In this document: positions 8,166-16,977 of the stretch, one piece after another
Layout of the letters: each line of letters begins with the position of its first letter
Position numbering within the stretch: position 1 is the first letter of the stretch
Assembly: GCA_044451485.1 (NCBI GenBank)
Contig: JBIOKD010000002.1
Span: 1 to 45,728, forward strand
Direction: 5' to 3'
Length of the DNA: 45,728 nucleotides
DNA from: Candidatus Eiseniibacteriota bacterium
Lineage (GTDB): Bacteria; Eisenbacteria; RBG-16-71-46
Program-made: the position numbers and the translations under genes
The notes under the pieces: model-generated
Databases searched by the model: none
The model's input: the letters and a program-made list of their open reading frames with translations, nothing else
Told to the model about the DNA's origin: nothing

Positions 8166-9743
8166 ATGCCCCGGAGGGTCCCGTTCCACACCGCCGCTCG
8201 CGCGCTCGCCCTGGCGCTGCTGGCGCTCGTGCCCGCCGGCTGCGCGTCGCGCGGTGCCCCACCCACGCGATTCATCTGGGTGGTGGGTCAGGGCTGCCCG
8301 TCCTTCGATCCGCAGGGTCCGCCCGACCCGGTGCGATGGGCGCTCGAGCGCCTGCGCTCGCGTGGTCTCGTCGAGCGCGACAGCGCCGGACACATCGTGC
8401 CGATGGCCGCCGATCGCTTCGAGGTCACGCCCGACAGCCTGACCTGGACGTTCCATCTGCGCGAGGGTCTCGCGTTCACCGACGGCACGCCGTGCACCAG
8501 CGCTGACTTCGAGCGCGCGATCCGGGCCGGTCTGGCCCGGCGCGACCACTCGACGGTGCGCTGGCTGCTCGGGGCGGTGGCCGGTCTCGATCGGGCCCGG
8601 CCCGGGCATGCGCCGGCACCGATCGGCGTCGCGACTCCGGACCCACGTACGCTGGTGCTGCGTCTGGCGCGACCGGACCGTCGTCTTCTCGACGCGCTGG
8701 CGCTGCCAGGGGTCGCGGTCCCGTGGCGGGCGCCGCCGTCGTCGCACGACTGGGCGGTGGGGCTCGGGCCCTACGCGCCGGTCTCGGTCTCGGAGAGCCG
8801 TTGGACGCTGGCCCGCAGCAGGCACGCCGCCTGGCTCACCGGACCGCGTGGCGCCATCGCGGACTCGGTGCAGGTGCGGTTCGTGGTGGGGGCGGGCCGG
8901 CTGCACGTCCTGCTGCGCGCCGGTGTGCCGGACCTGGCGTGGCCGCTGCCACCGGGGCTGCTCGATCTGCCACGGCCACCCGGTTACCAGGTCGTCGGTC
9001 GCGATCCGACACCGCCCCGGCGTCTGCTGCTGGTGATGCGCGCCGACCTGCCGCCGACCAGCAAACCTGCGGCGCGTCAGGTGCTCGCCCACGGGCTCAA
9101 TCGCGCCGACGTGGCCGCGCATCTCGGCGCGCTCGGTGGCGCGCCCTCGGCATGGCTGGTGGGAGGCACCCCATTCGACTTTCCGGTCCGCTCCGAGGAG
9201 GAGGTGCGGGGCTGGCTCGAACGCGGCAAGCTCGGTCGTTCGATGCACGTGGTGCTGGTCTATTCGGCCGACGGTGTCGCCGGCGAGGTGGTGCGCGACC
9301 TGCAGATCGGGTGGGCCACGCTGGGGCTGGACGTGGAGCTGCAGCCGGTCCGCGCCACCGCGTTCGGCGCCCGCGCCCTGAACCCCGTCGGCGCGCACCT
9401 CCTTCTGGTGGAGGAACAGGCGCTGCTCGACGACCCGGCGGCCGAGCTCGCGGGGATGGTGATGCCGATGCGGGATCCGCCGGTGGGCGGGATGCGCACC
9501 GGCTGGCGCACCCGCGAGTTCGATCCGTGGATCGCGCCCGGGCCGCCGCGCACCAGCTTCGATCGGATGTTCGTCGAGCGCCGGTTGGGCGAGGAGTGGA
9601 TCGTGTTGCCCCTGGCCGCACTGCGTTGGACATGGATGCAGCGCATCGGTGGTCCCGATGCGCCCTTTCACCCGCGATTCGGTCCGGCGGGGGATCCACC
9701 CACTCGCGGGTCAGTGGCGGTTTCGACACGCCTAAGCCGTTGA
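8166..9743 (+). CDS. ABC-transporter family-5 (peptide/nickel type) solute-binding lipoprotein, orphan
   Basis: Signal and lipobox MPRRVPFHTAARALALALLALVPAGC. Family-5 core RGLVERDSAGHIVPMAADRFEVTPDSLTWTFHLREGLAFTDGTPCTSADFERAI. No permease or ATPase genes are adjacent. Confidence 0.75.
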   Translation: MPRRVPFHTAARALALALLALVPAGCASRGAPPTRFIWVVGQGCPSFDPQGPPDPVRWALERLRSRGLVERDSAGHIVPMAADRFEVTPDSLTWTFHLREGLAFTDGTPCTSADFERAIRAGLARRDHSTVRWLLGAVAGLDRARPGHAPAPIGVATPDPRTLVLRLARPDRRLLDALALPGVAVPWRAPPSSHDWAVGLGPYAPVSVSESRWTLARSRHAAWLTGPRGAIADSVQVRFVVGAGRLHVLLRAGVPDLAWPLPPGLLDLPRPPGYQVVGRDPTPPRRLLLVMRADLPPTSKPAARQVLAHGLNRADVAAHLGALGGAPSAWLVGGTPFDFPVRSEEEVRGWLERGKLGRSMHVVLVYSADGVAGEVVRDLQIGWATLGLDVELQPVRATAFGARALNPVGAHLLLVEEQALLDDPAAELAGMVMPMRDPPVGGMRTGWRTREFDPWIAPGPPRTSFDRMFVERRLGEEWIVLPLAALRWTWMQRIGGPDAPFHPRFGPAGDPPTRGSVAVSTRLSR

Positions 9744-9768
9744 CCGGAGCGTGACCGGCCCGTATCGT
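9740..9768 (+). promoter_or_regulatory. Candidate sigma70-type promoter, TTGACC-N17-TATCGT
   Basis: The -35 overlaps the TGA stop of the binding-protein gene. It would give a ~130-nt leader ending in GGGGAG 7 nt before ATG 9903. Confidence 0.4.
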
Positions 9769-9902
9769 TTGGATGCCCCAGCCGGGGTCCGATCCGGGCG
9801 TCGCCATGGCCTTGGCCCGCCGGACACCGACCGCCGCCCCGGTGGTGTCGTCTCAAGGTCCTCGCAACCGTGATCCACCATCCCACCCCGGGGAGCCCCC
9901 GC

Positions 9903-12900
9903 ATGAAGGCCCTGCTGTTGTCGCTGGCGGCCGCGTTCGCCGTGAGCGCCGGCCCCGCCGTCGCCGCCACGCTGGATCGCGACATACGAGTCGATCGCTC
10001 CGAGGTCACGCTGTCGACCCACGACGGCATCACCGAGGTGAGTCTGGCGCGCGGATCGCACGAGCTCCGACCTGGGCTCCCCGATCTGCCGACCCGCACC
10101 GAGCGCGTGGTGCTGCCCCCGGGAACACGGGTGACCGCGGTCGAGGTGGTGGACGTGATCGGCGAGCCCCTCGCGGACGCGGCGCGCGTCCCACCGTCCT
10201 ACCGCGTGCGTTCCGACCTGCCCCCGTCCGAGCGCACGTCGCCCGACGGTGTTCGTTACGCGCAGAGCGGTCTGCAGCCGGCGGTGCCCGTGGAGCTCGC
10301 GCTGCAGGGGGCCCAGCGTGGCAACGACGTGGCGTTTCTGCGCGTGACCCCGATCCGGTGGGACGCGGTGAGCGGACGTCTCGAGCTGGTGCGCTCGATG
10401 CGGGTGCGACTCACCGTCGAGCCGGTCGCGAACACCGACATGGTGCGCCGCGAGCGGATCGTGCGCGAGTGGGAGGACGAGATCCCCGGCGCGACGCTGA
10501 ACCGCGGCGGGGCGAGCATCACCTCGCTCGCCCGCCCCGGCGGCAGGGCGACGCCGTTCATGCCGACCCAGATCCCGTCCGTGCTCGGCAGCCCGGTCGC
10601 CTACGTGATCGTGACCTCGGACGATCTGGCGTCGCAGTTCCAGCGGCTCGCCGACTGGAAGACCCAGGAGGGCGTGCCGGCGGTGGTGCGCACGCTCACG
10701 TTCATCCGGCAGGAGTATCCCTTCGGCGCCGACGACGCCGACCGCATCCGTCAGTTCATCCGCGACGCGTACTCGCGCTGGGGCACCAAATGGGTGCTGC
10801 TGGGCGGTGACACCGACGTGATCCCGACGCGGTACGCCTTCACCACCTTCTACGGAGGCGAGAACATCGCCACCGATCTCTACTTCTCGTGTCTCGACGG
10901 GAACTGGAACGCCGACGGGGACAGCATCTACGGCGAGGGTTACCAGTCGGCCTCGGTGCCGGGGGACTCCTGCGACCTGCTGCCCGACGTCTACGTCGGA
11001 CGCGCCCCGGTGTCGACGGCGATCCAGGCGCAGACGTTCGTGGACAAGACCTTCCAGTACACCCGCACCCCCGCCGGCGACTACGAGCACCAGGATCTGT
11101 TCTTCGCCGAGGTGTTGTTCCCGCACCCGTGGACCCCCGCCGCAGGGACCCCATCCCTCGACGGCGCCGAGATCGTCGAACAGGACCTGCCGCACCTCCA
11201 GGCGAATCCCCACGTCCGCTTCGGCCGTCTTTACCAGAACTACACCGACTCCCGGTGGCTCCCCGGCTCGCTGCCGGAGTCCCGCGCGGTGGTGCTCGAC
11301 TCGCTGGACTTCGGATACAACATCAGCTGTCACGTCGGGCACGGTTACCGCAACGTCATGGAGTGTGCCGACGCCTCGATCACCAACGCCGACGCGCTCA
11401 ACCTCACCAACGGGAACCGTCTCACCAACCTCTACGCGGCCGACTGCACCTCGAACGCGATCGACTTCCCGTGCATCGGCGAGGCGTTCCTGCACGCCAC
11501 CAACGGGGGCGCCGTCACCAACATCGGATCCAGCCGCTTCGACTTCCCGGTCGCCGGTCGCGACTACCAGGAGGAGTACTTCCGGCTGCTCTATCAGGAC
11601 AGCGTCACCGCGATCGGCGAGCTGCAGGCGCGTCAGAAGTTGCCGTTCGTCGCGTACGCGAGCCAGGACTACGTGCACCGCTGGACCCAGATGACCGAGC
11701 TGCTGCTGGGTGATCCCGAGCTGCGGGTCTGGATCAGCCACCCCCGCATCCTCACGGTGTCCGCCCCCACCACCATGACGCTCGGCGACAGCACCCTGGC
11801 GGTGAACGTCAAGATCTCGGGTACTCCCCTGTACGGAGCGAGGGTCACCGTCTACAAGACCGGCGACGACTACGCCTCGGGGCTCACCGACGGTGCCGGA
11901 AACGTGACCCTGGCCTTCCGGCCCGACACCGTCGGCGCGGCCACCATCACCGTGACGGCCATCGAGTGCCGGCCGGCCCAGAGCACGCTGCTGGTGCTCG
12001 CCTCGAGCCAGGTCGTGCTCGGCGACCGGCCGCCAACGTTCGAGGACGACAACCTGGGTGGCACGGTGGGCAACGGCAACGGTGTGCCCGACGCCGGTGA
12101 GACCGTGGACATCACGGTGCCCATTCGCAACAACGGCGGCGGTCTCGCCACCGGTGTCAACGCGACCCTGGCGACCGCCGACGGAGCGGTGTCCATCCTC
12201 AATCCCGTCGCCACCTATGGGAGCATCGGGGCGGCCACGCAGGTCAACGGTACCCCCTATCGTGTGGCCCTGCTCAACACCATCGGTGACCAGCACGAGG
12301 TGCCGTTCACGCTCTCGGTGGTCGATGCCGCGGGTCACCACGTCACCGAGAAGATCCAGGTCACGGTCAAGGCGCCGGATCTCCGTCACTACTCGCACAC
12401 CATCACCGAGGTGTCGGGTGGCAACGGCAACGGGCGCCCCGACGTGGGGGAAACCATCGACTACACGGCGACGCTGCGGAATCTCGGCACCGGAGTCGCC
12501 AACGGCGTCACCGCCGTGCTCCGCAACTACGACGGCAAGGCCACCGTGACCGACAGCACCGCGACGTTCGGCGACATCGCCGCCGGGGCCACGGCAGTGG
12601 GAGACGCCTTCCGATTCACCGTGCTCACCGCCAAGCCGACCTTCGAGCTGCGGGTCTCCAACGTCTATGGGCTGCTCTACACGCAGAGTCTGGACACCAA
12701 TTGGCCCGGGGTTCCGGGTGGTCTCGCGTGCACGAGTGGCTCCACCACCATCACGCTCACCTGGACCCACAATCCCGAGAGCGACCTCTGCGGTTACAAC
12801 ATCTACCGCGGCAGCTCCCAGATCGGGCCCTACACCCGGGTGAACAAGGTGCCCACCGATCGCACCTCGTACTACCTCGACGAGGCCCTGCAGCCGCTCA

Positions 12901-14618
12901 CCCGCTACTTCTACCGGGTGACCGCGGTGGACAGCTCCGGAAACGAATCCGGACAGACCGCGGGTGTGGGCACCACGACCACCCCGCCCAACCACGCGAT
13001 CTTCCCGATCGCGATGCGTCAGAACACGCCCGCCTCGGTCGCGGTGGCGCGGATCTACAACCCCGGCGAGATGGACATCGTCGCCGGGTCGGACGTGCTG
13101 TACGTGTTCCACCAGGATGGCAGCGCGCCGGTGGACGCCGACGGTGACATCGTGACCACCCAGGGCGACTTCACCACCCAGGGCAGCTACTACGCCGCCG
13201 GACCCAGCGTGGCGGCACTCGACCCGGGGGCCGGGTTCTCGATCATCGGCACCACCTGGAACACGAAGAGCGTGTACGTGTTCGACACCGCCGGCAACCT
13301 GCGACCGGGCTGGCCGTTCAACGCCGGCATCGAGATCTGGTCGTGCGCCGCGGTCGGCGATCTCGACGGGGACGGCCACCAGGAGCTGGTGTTCGGGAGC
13401 AATGGCAACAACATCTTCGCGCTGCGCTCGAACGGCAGCGAGTGGATGGACGGCGACGCCAACCCGACGACCAAGGGCGTGTTCAAGGTGCTGCCGGCGG
13501 GCAACAACTTCGGCACCCCGGCGTTGGCCGACCTGGACGGCGACGGCAAGCCGGAGATCATCTACGCCGGATTCGGCGGGACGCTCTACGCGTGGAAGGC
13601 GAACGGCACCGACATGCCGGGCTTCCCGATCACCCTGGGCGGGACCATGTCCATGTCCCCGGCGGTGGGCTGTCTCGACGGGCCGGGCGACACCAGCCCC
13701 GAGATCGTGGTCGAGACCGCGGGGAGCGGTCACGATTCGCTCTATGTGTTCGAGCCCAACGGCGCGCGGCGGGCGGGCTTCCCGGTACCGTTGTACTCGG
13801 AGGGCACCAGCAAGCAGCCGTCACCGGCGCTGGCCGACATGAACAACGACGGCTTCCTCGACATCGTGACCGCGTCGACCGCCGGCACCATCCAGGTGTT
13901 CGACCGCAACGGCGCCACGCTTCCGCTGTGGACCGCGAGCCGGTACAGCAAGCTGTTCTCGGGCAGCTCGGAGAGCAGCCCGGTGGTGGCGGACATCGAC
14001 GGGGACGGCATCCCGGACGTGGTGATGGGGGACGAGAACACCGAGCTCGCCGCGCTGTCCGGGGCCACCGGGCAGATGATGCCGGGATTCCCGATCAAGC
14101 TCGACGGCGAGATCCGCGGTACGCCGGCGCTGTGCGACTGTGACGGCGACGGCAAGACCGAGATCGTGCTCGCCGGCTGGGACGCCAATCTGTACGTGTG
14201 GGACTACGACTTTCCGTTCAATCCGAACGGTGTGCCGGCCTGGCCACAGTTCCACCACGACGCGATGCGGACCGGGTTCGCGGGCGGCCCGACCCTGCTC
14301 GGCGCGCCGGACGGCCCCGGGACCCTGCCGAGGACGCTGTCGTTCGCGGCCCCGGCACCCAACCCGCTCACCAGCGGCGCGCGCTTCGCGTGGGAGGTGC
14401 CGTCGGCGGAGACGGGTCACCCGTACGAGCTGGCGATCTTCGACCTCTCGGGACGCCGGGTGAAGATCCTGGCGAGCGGCACCGCGGCGCCGGGTCGCTT
14501 CTCCGCGCAGTGGTCGCGTCGAGGGGACGATGGATCGCAGGTCGGCGGTGGGGTCTACTTCGCCCGTCTGCGGGTGGGTGGCAGCCGGCTCACTCAGAAG
14601 CTGGTCGTCCTGCCCTGA
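9903..14618 (+). CDS. Giant secreted peptidase C25 (gingipain-like) protein with tandem CARDB-like repeats, FN3, FG-GAP/VCBS propeller and C-terminal sorting-type domain
   Basis: Signal peptide MKALLLSLAAAFAVSAGPAVA. C25 core (about 10590-11735) aligns by eye to the gingipain catalytic region: HVGHGYRN (His codon 11340-11342) and LYAADCTSNAIDFPCIGEAFLHA (Cys codon 11445-11447). Two GNGNG(V/R)PD(A/V)GET repeats. FN3 LTWTHNPESDLCGYNIYRG...YFYRVTAVDSSGNES. Five or more DxDGDG FG-GAP repeats. Confidence 0.85.
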   Translation: MKALLLSLAAAFAVSAGPAVAATLDRDIRVDRSEVTLSTHDGITEVSLARGSHELRPGLPDLPTRTERVVLPPGTRVTAVEVVDVIGEPLADAARVPPSYRVRSDLPPSERTSPDGVRYAQSGLQPAVPVELALQGAQRGNDVAFLRVTPIRWDAVSGRLELVRSMRVRLTVEPVANTDMVRRERIVREWEDEIPGATLNRGGASITSLARPGGRATPFMPTQIPSVLGSPVAYVIVTSDDLASQFQRLADWKTQEGVPAVVRTLTFIRQEYPFGADDADRIRQFIRDAYSRWGTKWVLLGGDTDVIPTRYAFTTFYGGENIATDLYFSCLDGNWNADGDSIYGEGYQSASVPGDSCDLLPDVYVGRAPVSTAIQAQTFVDKTFQYTRTPAGDYEHQDLFFAEVLFPHPWTPAAGTPSLDGAEIVEQDLPHLQANPHVRFGRLYQNYTDSRWLPGSLPESRAVVLDSLDFGYNISCHVGHGYRNVMECADASITNADALNLTNGNRLTNLYAADCTSNAIDFPCIGEAFLHATNGGAVTNIGSSRFDFPVAGRDYQEEYFRLLYQDSVTAIGELQARQKLPFVAYASQDYVHRWTQMTELLLGDPELRVWISHPRILTVSAPTTMTLGDSTLAVNVKISGTPLYGARVTVYKTGDDYASGLTDGAGNVTLAFRPDTVGAATITVTAIECRPAQSTLLVLASSQVVLGDRPPTFEDDNLGGTVGNGNGVPDAGETVDITVPIRNNGGGLATGVNATLATADGAVSILNPVATYGSIGAATQVNGTPYRVALLNTIGDQHEVPFTLSVVDAAGHHVTEKIQVTVKAPDLRHYSHTITEVSGGNGNGRPDVGETIDYTATLRNLGTGVANGVTAVLRNYDGKATVTDSTATFGDIAAGATAVGDAFRFTVLTAKPTFELRVSNVYGLLYTQSLDTNWPGVPGGLACTSGSTTITLTWTHNPESDLCGYNIYRGSSQIGPYTRVNKVPTDRTSYYLDEALQPLTRYFYRVTAVDSSGNESGQTAGVGTTTTPPNHAIFPIAMRQNTPASVAVARIYNPGEMDIVAGSDVLYVFHQDGSAPVDADGDIVTTQGDFTTQGSYYAAGPSVAALDPGAGFSIIGTTWNTKSVYVFDTAGNLRPGWPFNAGIEIWSCAAVGDLDGDGHQELVFGSNGNNIFALRSNGSEWMDGDANPTTKGVFKVLPAGNNFGTPALADLDGDGKPEIIYAGFGGTLYAWKANGTDMPGFPITLGGTMSMSPAVGCLDGPGDTSPEIVVETAGSGHDSLYVFEPNGARRAGFPVPLYSEGTSKQPSPALADMNNDGFLDIVTASTAGTIQVFDRNGATLPLWTASRYSKLFSGSSESSPVVADIDGDGIPDVVMGDENTELAALSGATGQMMPGFPIKLDGEIRGTPALCDCDGDGKTEIVLAGWDANLYVWDYDFPFNPNGVPAWPQFHHDAMRTGFAGGPTLLGAPDGPGTLPRTLSFAAPAPNPLTSGARFAWEVPSAETGHPYELAIFDLSGRRVKILASGTAAPGRFSAQWSRRGDDGSQVGGGVYFARLRVGGSRLTQKLVVLP
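14337..14615 (+). other. FlgD-Ig-like / T9SS-type C-terminal domain of the C25 protein
   Basis: LSFAAPAPNPLTSGARFAWEVP...YELAIFDLSGRRVKILASG...GGVYFARLRVGGSRLTQKLVVLP: the typical terminal beta-sandwich tail seen on secreted proteins of FCB-group and related phyla. Confidence 0.65.
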
Positions 14619-14641
14619 CGGAGCCCGGCGAGTGGAGCGAA

Positions 14642-14668
14642 GACGGGCGGGCCCTGGGCCCGCCCGTC
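14642..14668 (+). terminator. GC-rich hairpin downstream of the C25 gene
   Basis: GACGGGCGGGCCC-T-GGGCCCGCCCGTC, a near-perfect 12-13 bp stem 24 nt after the stop. The U-tail is weak (GCGTCTT). Confidence 0.5.
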
Positions 14669-14673
14669 GCGTC

Positions 14674-14702
14674 TTGACCGGCTCGTGGTCGGTTCGTAGT
14701 GT
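14674..14702 (+). promoter_or_regulatory. Candidate sigma70-type promoter for gltX, TTGACC-N17-TAGTGT
   Basis: Direct read: -35 at 14674-14679, -10 at 14697-14702, 45 nt upstream of ATG 14748. Confidence 0.45.
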
Positions 14703-14747
14703 GCGGCGGCATCCCGGCGCCCACCGGGACGCCACCGAGGCCACCTG

Positions 14748-16226
14748 ATGAGCGTTCGCGTCCGTTTCGCGCCCAGCCCGACCGGATACCTGCACGTCGG
14801 CGGAGCCCGTACCGCGCTCTACAACTACCTGTTCGCGCGCGCGAACGGCGGCGTGTTCGTCCTGCGGATCGAGGACACCGACACGGCGCGCTCCACCGAG
14901 GATTCCCTCGCCGCGATCCTCGACGGGATGCGATGGCTCGGGCTCCACTGGGACGAGGGTCCGGGTGTCGGTGGCGCGCACGGGCCCTACGCCCAGAGCC
15001 AGCGTCGCGGCCGATACGACGCGCACGCCCGCGCGCTCGAGACCGCCGGCCGGGCGTACCCGTGCTACTGCACGCCGGAGGAGCTCGAGGAGCGTCGCGC
15101 CCGCCGCGCCGCGGCCGGAGACGGATCCGGCTACGACGGGCACTGTCGCGACCTCCCGGCCTCCGAGCGCGACGCGCGCGAGCGCGCCGGGCGGTCACGG
15201 GCGCTGCGCTTCGCGTCGCCCGGGTCGGGGGAGGTGGCTTGGGACGACATGGTGCGCGGACGGGTGGCGTTCCCCGGCGAGGTGCTCGAGGATTTCGTGC
15301 TGATGCGCTCCGACGGGCTCCCCACGTACAACTTCGCCTGCGTCGTCGACGACCACGAGATGGCGATCAGCCACGTGATCCGGGGTGACGACCACATCTC
15401 GAACACCCCTCGACAGCTCCTCCTCTACGACGCGCTGGGCTTCGCGCCGCCGGTGTTCGCGCACGTGCCGATGATCCTCGGCGCGGACGGCTCGCGTCTG
15501 AGCAAGCGGCACGGCGCGACCTCGGTCGCCTCCTACCGGGAGATGGGCATGCTCCCCGAGGCGATGGTGAACTTCCTGGCGTTGCTGGGCTGGTCGTACG
15601 ACGGCCAGCGCGAGCTGTTCACGCTCGCCGAGCTGGAGCGCGTGTTCCGGCTCGAGCGGGTGGGTGCGAACGCGTCGGTGTTCGACGTGCAGAAGCTCGA
15701 GTGGGTGAACGCCCAGCATCTCAAACGACTGCCCGAGGACGAGCGGGTGCGCCGGGTGGAGGAGTTCCTCCTCACGCGTGGCTGGGACCTCTCGACGCGA
15801 GATCCCGAGTGGCGCGTCGCCTTCGTGCGCGCGCTCGGAGACCGGCTGCGCACGCTTCGCGACGCCGAGGAGTACGGACGTTTCGCGCTGGACGACACGC
15901 TCGAGATCGAGCCCACGGCCTGGCAGGAGCTGCTCGGCCGGCCCGACGTCTCCGGGCGTCTGCGCGCGCTGGCCGACCAGATCGAGTCGGATCCCGATTA
16001 CACGCCGGAGTCACTCGAGCGCGGTCTGCGCGCGCTCGCCGGCGAGCGCGGGGTGAAGGCCGGCGAGCTGATCGGCCCGGCGCGCGTCGCGCTCGCCGGT
16101 CGCACGGTGAGTCCCGGCATCTTCGACGTCATGCTGCTGCTGGGTCGGGAGCGCACGCTCGAGCGTCTGCGGGAGGCCGCGGCGCGATGGGAGCGCGAGA
16201 CGACGGCGGGGACGACACGCCGCTGA
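14748..16226 (+). CDS. gltX: Glutamyl-tRNA synthetase
   Basis: RFAPSPTGYLHVGGARTALYNYLFA (HIGH region), VLRIEDTDTARS, CYC...C zinc motif (YPCYCTPEE...YDGHCRDL), KMSKS-type LSKRHG. Confidence 0.95.
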   Translation: MSVRVRFAPSPTGYLHVGGARTALYNYLFARANGGVFVLRIEDTDTARSTEDSLAAILDGMRWLGLHWDEGPGVGGAHGPYAQSQRRGRYDAHARALETAGRAYPCYCTPEELEERRARRAAAGDGSGYDGHCRDLPASERDARERAGRSRALRFASPGSGEVAWDDMVRGRVAFPGEVLEDFVLMRSDGLPTYNFACVVDDHEMAISHVIRGDDHISNTPRQLLLYDALGFAPPVFAHVPMILGADGSRLSKRHGATSVASYREMGMLPEAMVNFLALLGWSYDGQRELFTLAELERVFRLERVGANASVFDVQKLEWVNAQHLKRLPEDERVRRVEEFLLTRGWDLSTRDPEWRVAFVRALGDRLRTLRDAEEYGRFALDDTLEIEPTAWQELLGRPDVSGRLRALADQIESDPDYTPESLERGLRALAGERGVKAGELIGPARVALAGRTVSPGIFDVMLLLGRERTLERLREAAARWERETTAGTTRR

Positions 16227-16254
16227 ACATCTGAGTCGCGCGCGGTGCCGATCC

Positions 16255-16283
16255 TTGCCACTCGCGGAGCCCTCTGATAGAGT
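16255..16283 (+). promoter_or_regulatory. Candidate promoter for the tRNA pair, TTGCCA-N17-TAGAGT
   Basis: -35 at 16255-16260 and -10 at 16278-16283, 18 nt before the tRNA-Gln 5' end. Confidence 0.4.
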
Positions 16284-16300
16284 CCCGCGCCTCGCAGCGC

Positions 16301-16374
16301 TGCCCGGTAGTGTAACGGTAGCACGACTGGCTCTGGACCAGTTAGTCGAGGTTCGAATCCTTGCCGGGCAGCCA
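16301..16374 (+). tRNA. tRNA-Gln (anticodon CTG)
   Basis: Hand-folded cloverleaf. Acceptor TGCCCGG/CCGGGCA, anticodon stem ACTGG/CCAGT with loop CTCTGGA, T-arm CGAGG-TTCGAAT-CCTTG, discriminator G, encoded CCA. Confidence 0.9.
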
Positions 16375-16474
16375 AACACGCTCGCTCGATCCGGACACGT
16401 CCCGTCGCACCGCGTGTCACCCGGTGGCGCGTGCTTCGCGAGCGCCGACGGGCTCCGGACCGGGACAACCACGT

Positions 16475-16550
16475 GGCGCTATCGTCTAGGGGTCTAGGAC
16501 GGGTGGTTCTCAGCCATCAAACCGGGGTTCGAATCCCCGTAGCGCTACCA
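16475..16550 (+). tRNA. tRNA-Glu (anticodon CTC)
   Basis: Acceptor GGCGCTA/TAGCGCT (G1-U72 wobble), D-arm GTCTAGGGGTCTAGGAC typical of tRNA-Glu, anticodon stem GGTGG/CCATC with loop TTCTCAG, T-arm CGGGG-TTCGAAT-CCCCG, encoded CCA. Confidence 0.88.
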
Positions 16551-16554
16551 CATG

Positions 16555-16586
16555 ACGGCCCCGCTCGGGCGGGGCCGTTCGTTTGG
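16555..16586 (+). terminator. Intrinsic terminator-like hairpin after tRNA-Glu
   Basis: ACGGCCCCGC-TCGG-GCGGGGCCGT (10-bp stem, tetraloop) followed by TCGTTTGG. Confidence 0.55.
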
Positions 16587-16941
16587 CGCGGCGATGGTGG
16601 CTCGGGCCGCCGCGCGTTTCCAGACGGACCCCGTCTGCCGAGGTCGGCGATGCCGGCCACTGGCGTCTGAGGCCGATTTCCCATCCACCGGGTGCTTCGG
16701 CCGCTCCCGCCCGCCTGATCCCCGCGCGTCGGGAGGGTCCCGACCGCAACCCCATGTGGCGCGCGGTGGGGCCGGCGACGGCCGAGCCGCCCCGGCGGTC
16801 CGCTCCTTGCGATGTTTCGCGCCCGAGTCAACGTCCACCCGACCTGTCGGATCGCGCCCGGTCGTGGACGGCACCACCGCGACCGCGCGAGCCGTGCACT
16901 TTGCGGCGTGGCCTGGCCCTAACTTGTTCCTGCGCTTTTGA

Positions 16942-16971
16942 TTGACACCGTTCCGCGAGTCCGCCTAGTAT
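16942..16971 (+). promoter_or_regulatory. Strong sigma70-like promoter of the EPS operon, TTGACA-N18-TAGTAT
   Basis: Consensus -35 at 16942-16947 and -10 TAGTAT at 16966-16971, inside a locally AT-enriched patch (TGCGCTTTTGATTGACACC) that stands out in this GC-rich DNA. Confidence 0.5.
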
Positions 16972-16977
16972 CTCACT

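Noticed and set aside
4981-8442. 1153-aa ORF on the plus strand
   Set aside because: It is antisense to the helicase-nuclease gene, which has unambiguous SF1 motifs, and its composition is low-complexity.
8166-9743. Possible peptide/nickel ABC transporter operon
   Set aside because: Only the binding protein is present. The flanking genes are a divergent helicase and the protease, so no transport system can be called from this window.
9732-13733. 1333-aa ORF on the minus strand
   Set aside because: It is exactly antisense to the C25 protease gene. Its translation is Arg/Gly/His/Val-rich with no motifs, while the sense frame has clear catalytic and repeat domains. This is a typical shadow ORF of GC-rich DNA.
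16583-16945. 120-aa ORF (and the overlapping ORFs at 16552..16941 and 16938..17279) in the tRNA-to-operon spacer
   Set aside because: Third-position G+C is only about bulk level, the peptides are not protein-like, and there is no RBS. One of them starts inside the terminator hairpin.
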